Assembly (NCBI GenBank): GCA_023248155.1
Contig: JAHFFE010000001.1
Location: 314,603 to 378,602, forward strand
Direction of reading: 5' to 3'
DNA from: Candidatus Omnitrophota bacterium
GTDB taxonomy: Bacteria; Omnitrophota; Gorgyraeia; 1-14-0-20-64-10
DNA: 64,000 bases
Numbering within the stretch: position 1 is the first letter of the stretch; each line of letters begins with the position of its first letter. Below the pieces are notes generated by a model. It was not told the DNA's origin. It did not search any database and saw nothing but the letters and a program-made list of their open reading frames with translations. Of this stretch, positions 26,216-34,400 are shown piece after piece. The position numbers and the translations under genes were made by a program.

Positions 26216-29200
26216 GTGATGCGGACAAATTTAAACCAGTTCCTGGCCGCCCTGCTTCTCGTTGGTCTCTCTTTCGCGAATATTTCTCCCGTCCCTCAGC
26301 TGTTCATGGTGAGTTTATCGAACCATACTCTGCGTGCCGTTGGTTTAGAGGAAGGCACCCAAAAGAATTCTTTATCTGACGCTTTAAAAAATAATGCCTC
26401 CGGATTAGAGGAAGCGGTTGTTTTGGACGCGTCGGTTCCTTATCAATATCCCTGGCGGACTGCCGAATTCGACGAGCTTTGGCCAAATGCCGATGATCGT
26501 GATCCCAAGCTGGAACGCTTTCAAAGATTGTTCAACCAGGATTTGGACGGCCATCCGGAAGGGGAGATTCAGCTCACATCGCCCAACGGAAACCCCGATG
26601 AGTTGGCCCGCTGGATTGCTGAAAACAATATGACTCCGCAGCGGGTTGCCGAAAGCATTGAATGGATCCATAAGATGCACCCCTACGATAAGGAACGGTT
26701 TATCTCTCTTCAGCAGTTGCCCAGCATTCAGGCGTTTCTTGCCGCTCATCCGGAAGCCCGTTTCAATTTAATCGGCGTCCGCGAAGATGAGAGCAAGGTC
26801 GGTTCCTTCAAAATCGGCCAGTATATGGATGAATATCTGCAGAAGATCCTCAAAGCCGGCCATCGAGGAGATGTAAATTTCCCGGGCGCCGTGATGTACT
26901 CCTCGGGAAACGCCATTCAGGGAGATGTCGAGACATTGGCCTGGCTCAAAGAGCAGGGGTTGGTTCCGCAAGATTTCAAGATCACAATGGTGGCAATGGC
27001 TTACCTGAAACCCAAAAAGCGGAAAATGATCGAGGATTTTAAAAAGCGGGGATTGGTTGACCGAATTGTTACCCCCGAAGAAATTGCCGCCGAGTATCTT
27101 GCCGATTCAGAGGGGGGCAGCGTACCGGTTCAGCATCAGGACTTGGCGGTTGATCCCGTGGCGTTGGATGACATCAATCAGGTTTTGAAACTTTTGGATT
27201 GGTGGTCGGAGAAACAGGGCCGGGCCCATATTTACGCTTCCAACAGCTTAAGCGCCGTCGTGGGCGGGGCCAGAATCTACTACGATATTAATCGGGCATT
27301 TACGCAGGATCGTGAATACCTGCAAGCGTTGTTGGGGGATGCCGCCGAAACTTTGCCGGCTCAGCCCGATGGTATTGTCATGCCTGCCGCGGGCGGCGGA
27401 CCGTTCGGGGGAATACCGTTTTGGGCGCGCCAGCTTGGGCATGCCACCAAAACCATCGGACCGATCCCCACCATCCGGACCGGCAGCATCGCGGAAGGTC
27501 TGGGCATTCAGATGATTCAGGAACTCGCGCGCAATCTGGCCCGTTTATTGGGAGTAAATCAGATGCAGCTTACCGAGGTATCTGAGCGGGCTATTCTAAA
27601 AGCGTTTGTGGAACTGCATGACGCCGGAATTGAAGTGGAGCCCAGCTCTGCCATCGCCTACGCGCAGGTGCTGTACCTGATGGAAAACAAACCTGAATTT
27701 TTCTCTCAATTTTTGGCTGAGAACGGCCGGCCGATGACGCTGGTGGCCATATTAACCGGGCGCAATTTTGAACCATCGGATGCCGCCTGGGCTTGGGCGA
27801 AGGTTCAAGAGCTTCGCCTGAAGGAGCCCCATGCCCTCAGAGCCGATCCAACCCAAAGGCAGGCGGCCGTTCCTCCGGCGAATGGGCTGCAGCAGGTTGT
27901 CGTTTTGAGTTCAGGCACCGAGCAGGCAATGGGCAGAGCGCTGCGCCAGGCGGTAATCGATTGGCGCGCGTCCCAGCCGGCAAATCTGAAACCAACCGTA
28001 ACGGCTGTCTACAATCCTCCCAAAGATCTGGATTGGCTTAAAAAGATAAAACCGGATGTCATTCTTGTGGCGGCTACTGCCGAAGAAGCCCAGCAGGATG
28101 GTTTACTAAGGAATGCCATCACAGTTCTTGGCGATGCCGGCGTTCTCATTCGTTATGTTCCTTTCCCCAGCAAGGTAGCAAGATCTTTGAATCCGCTGGC
28201 AAAATCTCTGCCAGGGAAGCTTCTAAAAATCGGCGAGCTGTTTCAGGGAGGGGATATTTTGGTGGATTCGACAACCTCCAAGCCCCGTTTTCGGGTAGTT
28301 GCCGACCAAGCAAACACCATCAGCGCTGTTTCTCTCCAACCAATTGATGAGCAGGGCAATTCCGCGGGGCCGGAAACCGCTGTCCCCGTCGCGGATCTAC
28401 GCCTGCGTTTTCAAGTGGTTCGCGCCGGCTTAGAGGAGCAATTGCTCACCGTTACGGTTCCTCCAAGCCAGCCGGTTTGGCTCACGGCGGCAGATGGAAT
28501 CCAATTGCTGGAACGGTTGCTGCAAGAAGGGGAGTCCCGCTCGATTTACTCTGTTAAGCACGGGGCTGATTTTCTTGTGCCTCGTTACAGAGCGGTAGTT
28601 TCAAAAGAGGGAGGTGTCATTAAAGTCCGAACAGTCGGTAAATTTTCGATGTCACTTGAGTTCGTCATGACGCGCGTCGAGGGTTATTTTATCGTGAAGC
28701 CGGATGGAAACATCTTCGTTATTGATGCCGAAGATGGAAACCAGAGAGCGAATATTTATTTGCGCAAGAATTTTTCGACTATTTCCGTTGATTCTCTCGC
28801 GCCTGCCGCTGTCGAGGGCTGGGTTCAGCGACCTTCCGCGGAAGAAGCGGCGGCCTATATCCGGGAGCTTGTTCCACAAGGCGTTTCTGCTGTTCAAATG
28901 GGAGACGCTGAACATTCTCCGGAATCTGACCGTTTGGTTGATGATCTCACTCAGTTTCAGGGGGGAGCTGGCAGCGGCCGGATTTTCTATTTGAGAAGGT
29001 CCAACCAAAATGTAGAGGTGTTGGCGATCACTGCGATGGATTTTGACGCCAGATCCATTGGGGAGTTCCATCAATTGCCGATGGGTGAGTTGTTGAAGAA
29101 GATCGCTCAGCTGGGAGCGAACTGGTTCGTCCAGGTCGGTTTTTCGAATTCGGCAGCGCGGGTATATGCGACAGACACCTCTGGTTTGCAGAGACTTTTG

Positions 29201-31267
29201 CGTGGATATCCCAATACGACGGGTTTCTACGCCCTGTCCCTTCGCGCAAATCAGACTGCTTTCGTGAGCAACAGCTCGAATCCCAATTCTTCCGGATTGG
29301 AGGAAGATTTTCGAGATGCTTTCTCGGATGGGATGGCCGCTCAGCATTATTTGGACCAATTGGCGGGTTTTGCCGATATTGTTTTATTGAATCAAACCCA
29401 AGAGGCTTTGGGTAGAGTCGACGCCCATTCAAGGGATTATCTGGATCCGAAGGGAATTTATCCTTCCACCAGAGAAATTATTCCCAAGTACGCTCAAGCC
29501 AATCCTGTCGAATTAGACAGTGCTCATCGCGAACGGTTGAAAGAATTTCTTTTTTCGGTTTGGGAGAACGAGCGCCGTATGCGGAACGAACCGCAAGGTT
29601 CTGCTCGAACAGGCAGGCCAGTGGTTGATGTGGAGTCAGCCATGCTTCCTGAACTCATAGAGCAGGGACGTGCTGCTCAGCGGCTGGCGTTGTCTGGCGG
29701 GCTGGAAGAGCGGGTGAATCTTTTGGTTATTCGGGATTCTAATGACGCGGCAACCAAACAAGCGCTGCTAGGTATCGTTCCTGGCTGGGCTAAAACAAAA
29801 GCTTCGCAGGAAATCGATGTGGTTTCTTACGGCACCCTGGATAAGGGGCTTGCCGCCTCGCCTAAGAAAGGCCGATGGAGCGGGATCCTGATGTTGCGGC
29901 ATGTTGCGACTGAAGCCGATGTCGATGAGATTGAGCGCCAGATTACCGGCCTTAAGCCCGTTTCGGATTCTGCGGCGATACCGGTTGCGCTGATCGTCTA
30001 CGCGTCGGACCAAAAAGTATACGAAAAACGGTTGCTGGGTTCGCTGCAACTCCTCAAAGGAAGCCAGGGTATCGTCACATTTTTTGTTCATCGTTTATGG
30101 CAAGACAAACCTGCTTCTCAGCCCGCCGTCGCGGATTCACCGGAACCCACAGCGAAACCGGCAGTGCCGCCGGCAGGAGTCTTCACGGGAGTTCTGGATC
30201 AATTGCTGGACTCCGCGGCTAAGTACGCTGTGGCTGTCGGTCTGGAAGAGCGGGGAGCGCTGCTTCCCGATGTTTTCTTTCGGCGTCCAGGGTTCCAGTT
30301 CCTTATGGAAATGGGAAGAGCAAAAATCCTGCCGGCGGATTTCGATGTCCGGGATAAATCTCTTCAGGTTCGAATCGGCCGGATCGTAGGCCGCTGGGGG
30401 TTCAGCCGTTGGCTGGAAGAACTCCCGCTGGCAAAGGTTCTTGAGAATAGCCCCAATGGGCACAATGACCTGGCCGCGGTGGAAGCGTTTATTGCAAGGG
30501 CACAAAATATTCCGCCGGATTATTTTGGGATAGCGGCAGGAACCACCCAGTGGTCGCCCAAGAAGACGCCTTCTTGGCCGGCGGTTCAGCCATTAGTGAT
30601 CGAGGCGGTAGCGGGTGCTCGTCAAAATAAAAATTTCGAATTACAGTACACCCCTGCTGCGGTAAGCGAATCGGATGTGACTGATCAAAGCGACGGTAAA
30701 ACCTACCATCATGTTGAAATAGTTTCGCCTCCGAAAATTCAGCTTCTTCCTGCCGCCGGGCTGGAGGAATGGACCGTTTCCGATCTGTTCTTGCGCGAAG
30801 TGGTTACCACGCACAATTTTTACACGCGATTTGCGCAAGAAGACGGTTCCCAGCTGATTGTGGTGCCGATGGGACAGAATAAAGTTAAGCCGGCGAATCT
30901 TTATTTGCAGGAGGGGCTTGAGAATCCCATTTCGCGCCTGGTTCCAAACCCTGTTCGTCTGGGAAGAGAAAAGGAGGACGTTCGGGGGCTCTTCCGCCAA
31001 AACCCCGCGGGTCCCAACGATGTCATTGTTCTCAACTCCGATATAGTGAGGGGTGATCCGTTGTCCTGGTTTTCAGCGGGCGGCGCGAATACTCAATATA
31101 AGGTGCGTATTTCACCGGCGTTAGCCATGAAATTCAACAATGATCTGGATACCCGATTCATGGAAGTGGTCGCGTTGGCCGCGCGGGTGGGTAATGGAAT
31201 GTTATTGCTGGACTACACGTATCAGGCGGTGGATGACCAGGTGTACTTGATCCTGCGCTCCGCGTAA
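26216..31267 (+). CDS. GxEE-family modular exported protein 2 (7 GLEE motifs) with a PLP threonine-dehydratase-like module
   Basis: Signal peptide, HTLRAVGLEE. GSFK, SSGN, MPAAGGG, SIAEGL, VEPSSA, ILTGRN. Ends VYLILRSA. Confidence 0.88.
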   Translation: MMRTNLNQFLAALLLVGLSFANISPVPQLFMVSLSNHTLRAVGLEEGTQKNSLSDALKNNASGLEEAVVLDASVPYQYPWRTAEFDELWPNADDRDPKLERFQRLFNQDLDGHPEGEIQLTSPNGNPDELARWIAENNMTPQRVAESIEWIHKMHPYDKERFISLQQLPSIQAFLAAHPEARFNLIGVREDESKVGSFKIGQYMDEYLQKILKAGHRGDVNFPGAVMYSSGNAIQGDVETLAWLKEQGLVPQDFKITMVAMAYLKPKKRKMIEDFKKRGLVDRIVTPEEIAAEYLADSEGGSVPVQHQDLAVDPVALDDINQVLKLLDWWSEKQGRAHIYASNSLSAVVGGARIYYDINRAFTQDREYLQALLGDAAETLPAQPDGIVMPAAGGGPFGGIPFWARQLGHATKTIGPIPTIRTGSIAEGLGIQMIQELARNLARLLGVNQMQLTEVSERAILKAFVELHDAGIEVEPSSAIAYAQVLYLMENKPEFFSQFLAENGRPMTLVAILTGRNFEPSDAAWAWAKVQELRLKEPHALRADPTQRQAAVPPANGLQQVVVLSSGTEQAMGRALRQAVIDWRASQPANLKPTVTAVYNPPKDLDWLKKIKPDVILVAATAEEAQQDGLLRNAITVLGDAGVLIRYVPFPSKVARSLNPLAKSLPGKLLKIGELFQGGDILVDSTTSKPRFRVVADQANTISAVSLQPIDEQGNSAGPETAVPVADLRLRFQVVRAGLEEQLLTVTVPPSQPVWLTAADGIQLLERLLQEGESRSIYSVKHGADFLVPRYRAVVSKEGGVIKVRTVGKFSMSLEFVMTRVEGYFIVKPDGNIFVIDAEDGNQRANIYLRKNFSTISVDSLAPAAVEGWVQRPSAEEAAAYIRELVPQGVSAVQMGDAEHSPESDRLVDDLTQFQGGAGSGRIFYLRRSNQNVEVLAITAMDFDARSIGEFHQLPMGELLKKIAQLGANWFVQVGFSNSAARVYATDTSGLQRLLRGYPNTTGFYALSLRANQTAFVSNSSNPNSSGLEEDFRDAFSDGMAAQHYLDQLAGFADIVLLNQTQEALGRVDAHSRDYLDPKGIYPSTREIIPKYAQANPVELDSAHRERLKEFLFSVWENERRMRNEPQGSARTGRPVVDVESAMLPELIEQGRAAQRLALSGGLEERVNLLVIRDSNDAATKQALLGIVPGWAKTKASQEIDVVSYGTLDKGLAASPKKGRWSGILMLRHVATEADVDEIERQITGLKPVSDSAAIPVALIVYASDQKVYEKRLLGSLQLLKGSQGIVTFFVHRLWQDKPASQPAVADSPEPTAKPAVPPAGVFTGVLDQLLDSAAKYAVAVGLEERGALLPDVFFRRPGFQFLMEMGRAKILPADFDVRDKSLQVRIGRIVGRWGFSRWLEELPLAKVLENSPNGHNDLAAVEAFIARAQNIPPDYFGIAAGTTQWSPKKTPSWPAVQPLVIEAVAGARQNKNFELQYTPAAVSESDVTDQSDGKTYHHVEIVSPPKIQLLPAAGLEEWTVSDLFLREVVTTHNFYTRFAQEDGSQLIVVPMGQNKVKPANLYLQEGLENPISRLVPNPVRLGREKEDVRGLFRQNPAGPNDVIVLNSDIVRGDPLSWFSAGGANTQYKVRISPALAMKFNNDLDTRFMEVVALAARVGNGMLLLDYTYQAVDDQVYLILRSA

Positions 31268-31282
31268 AGGCCCATTGAAAAT

Positions 31283-31343
31283 GTTAGTCGTAGAAAGTTT
31301 CATGATTTAAATGTTGACATTTTTGCACTTTCTCAGGTATAAT
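31283..31343 (+). promoter_or_regulatory. Sigma70 promoter with conserved upstream box
   Basis: gttagtcgtagaaa (31283), TTGACA (31314), 18 bp, TATAAT (31338). Confidence 0.75.
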
Positions 31344-31353
31344 TTTCACAATA

Positions 31354-31389
31354 CGCTGGTTTTGTCTTCCAAGCCAGCGGCTCTTTTTT
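31354..31389 (+). terminator. Terminator-like hairpin in the 5' leader
   Basis: cgctggtt...agccagcg stem followed by gctcttttt, between promoter and start codon. Confidence 0.45.
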
Positions 31390-31453
31390 ACCCTGCATTT
31401 TTACTTATTTTGGATAACTTAAACAAAGCAAACATTCGGGAGGAATACAAGTA

Positions 31454-34400
31454 ATGCGATTTGATTTCCTGCGCTCAATCTCGGTGGTAGTCCTGTCTGT
31501 TTTTTCTCTGTCGTCTGTTTCTCCTGCATTTGCTCTGCGTGCCGCCGGCTTAGAGGAAAACGCGGAAAAGGGTACGGTCACCAGGAGGCTTCTTGAGGGC
31601 AACCGCGGAAATTTTTCGGGCGGTCTGCAGAAAAACTCCACCTCCGGTCTGGAAGAGATCCGGATCCTGCTGGTGGCGGTTTCTGACGAAGCTCTCGCTA
31701 AAAAAATGGGAGAGATGGCACAGGCCTGGCGTTCGGAGTTGGACGTAAGAATTGTTCACACTGCAGACGAGGCTCAGGTTTATCTGAAAGCGCAGCAAAA
31801 TCCAAGGCCGGATGCGGTCATCTGGGAATTATCCACAATGGGAACCGAGACGCTCATAGATCCAAGCCAGCTTTCTTTCAATGTACCCGTGGCTCTGGTA
31901 GGCGAGGGGGCGATGGGCGTGGTTGGAGAATGGATCGCATTGTTCAACAACCGTCCCGTTCCTGCCCCTTTTCAGGAGACTCTTCAACAAAAAGCCAAGA
32001 AGGATGGGTTTTCGAGAACTGCTCGCTTGTTATTTGGTGATGATCTAGTAAACAGGCGGCCCCTGCGGCTCCTGAGGGGAACTGAAAATTATGAGTTATC
32101 TGCTTTCACGCATAATCTGGACATACTGAATAGGGATTTCAGGAGCCGTTCCGCTGGGCTGGAGGAGGCGTGGGATCGCGACACCGCGGACAGTTGGACG
32201 ATTTTAAGTGGTACAGTTTCCACCCAACTTATCCAGCAGTTGCTTCAACAAACTCCCGCGCCGGCAATCACCGATCTGGGCAATTTTTACTGGACCAAGG
32301 GAACGCTTTCACAATTGACTCCCGGCATGGTGAATAACATTTTGAATGTTGCACCGTCGCGTCACCTATTGGCAATCTCGAATGGACAGGTTGCCTTGAT
32401 TCGTCAGGGAGAATTGGAATCGGCCGACCAGGACGGTGCGAAAGATGCAACCAATTGGTATGGGAAATTGGCGACACGCGCCGAGACAGTGCTGACTCCT
32501 CAGCATTTACAATCCGCCGGCTTGGAGGAAACGCCCGCGCAAGTCATCGCCAAGCAAAAAGCGATGGCAGTCATTGCAGTTCCCAGTGTTCAAGTTGCTG
32601 CCGGTATCGGTGCAGTGGTTGCGTACAAGGGAATAATTCCCGAAATTACATTTCGGGGGAATGAAGCCGATGTTTTGCAGGCGATCAATGCACTTTTCGG
32701 TCTGTCGTCGAGCAAGCGAATGCCGGTAGCGGCCGGATCTGTATTGACGGCCGATCAGGTGGAGAAAGCTGTACGGGCGGGTGCTAAGATTATCGTCAGC
32801 CCCGGCTTGATTGATGAAGTTATTCTCAAGGCCCAGGAATTGGGAGTTTTGGTAATCCCAGGCGTGGCATCGATGTCTGAGGCAAAAACAGCGGTCGAGG
32901 TTTACGGCCTTTCACTGTTGAAATTTTTCCCATTCTCTTTTGTCGATCAGGCTGATTTTATCAAATCAATCAAAGCGCCATTGCCGCCAAATCTTCAGGC
33001 CGTGGTGGACGCTAAGGTAACATGGGGAGATTCCGGAGAAGTCGCCACATTTACAAAAATTCTTGAATTTGTCCTGAGTAATCCGACAGCATCAAAGCAA
33101 TTCCAGCTTCCCAAGAAAAAAGGATTGGAAGCGCTTCATCAATTGGGCGTGAATCCGGCAGTTGCCAATGCGCAGTTTATTCCAACCGGTGGTATTACGC
33201 CGGAGATGATCCCGCAGTTGATAGGGAAGGAAAAGATCGTCGCGGTAGGTTTATCCATCGGCGGAGATAATCCGGCGGTTCTTGCGAAAGCCGATGCTAT
33301 TGCGAAAGCGGTTGCGCAGATTGCTGGTGCCGAGGAGGGAGTGGTTGCCGTTGTTGCATCGGAAGATAATTTTCAGGCAGTCGCTGGTTATGTGCGTAAG
33401 TATGCGATTGGGCAGGGCAGAAAAGCCCCTCAAATGGTTCACCAGCATTTTGATGATGCTCGGCAGAATGCCAGTCGCGGTTTTGTGACTGCCATCGTGG
33501 CGATTTTTCCAAGCGCGGATGCTGATCAAATTGCGTGGATCGAAAGAACCAAAGAACTTGCTCCTAACGTTCCAATCGCCGTGATTTATTCCGGCAATGG
33601 AAACGAGGTTCGCCGCGTCTCAACTAAAGCACTGAGCAGTAGAGAGTTGAGCCAAGATGCGGTTGGTGAAATGGTTTTCTCCCTGCTTCCCACCGCTGGT
33701 GCGGAAGAATCAACCGTGCTTCTTCCAACCCCGCAAAACTCGTTTCCTGCAAGTCGAGGAGCTGTCTCTCCGGACGGGGATTCACTATTAGCGTTGAAAG
33801 AGACACCGGAGGTTCGCTGGGCAACGATGGTGGGCCGTACGGAAGGGTTTTCTTCGGGGCGATCTTCCGACGGTTTGGTTCACGCGCAGGGATTGGTGGA
33901 TCGTCTGGAGATCAAAGCCGGATTTACAACTGGCATTGAAAATGAACTGAATATTGTCGAATCGTATCGAGCTGGGCAATATACGCTGGCGATTCTCGGA
34001 GCACCCGTTGCTACAAGCGCTAGGCCGATTATCCAAGGTTTTAAGTATGAGGTTACAGGTGCTCCTGGGGTTAATCGCGTACTGACACTTTCCGTTGATC
34101 AAAACGCTGTTTCCCCTAAGGTAATAAATAATCTTGTCGCTCAAAATTTACCATCAGGCAGCCCAAAACCGTTGACGGTTGTTATCGAAGCCGCCGCTGG
34201 TCTCGAAGAGACGGTTTACACGGGCATTGACCAGGTTGTAGCGGCGATTACTCAACCTGAAGGCGAAGACAGCATCCGGGCTCTTGTCTACTCTCTTCCG
34301 GATGGAACAGAACAACGCGCGGTTCTTGCCCCAGGTGAATGGACTCCTGCGCAGGCGGTTCCCGGTGCTTTTCAAGCAATGGAACTCCGTCCTGTTTCCG

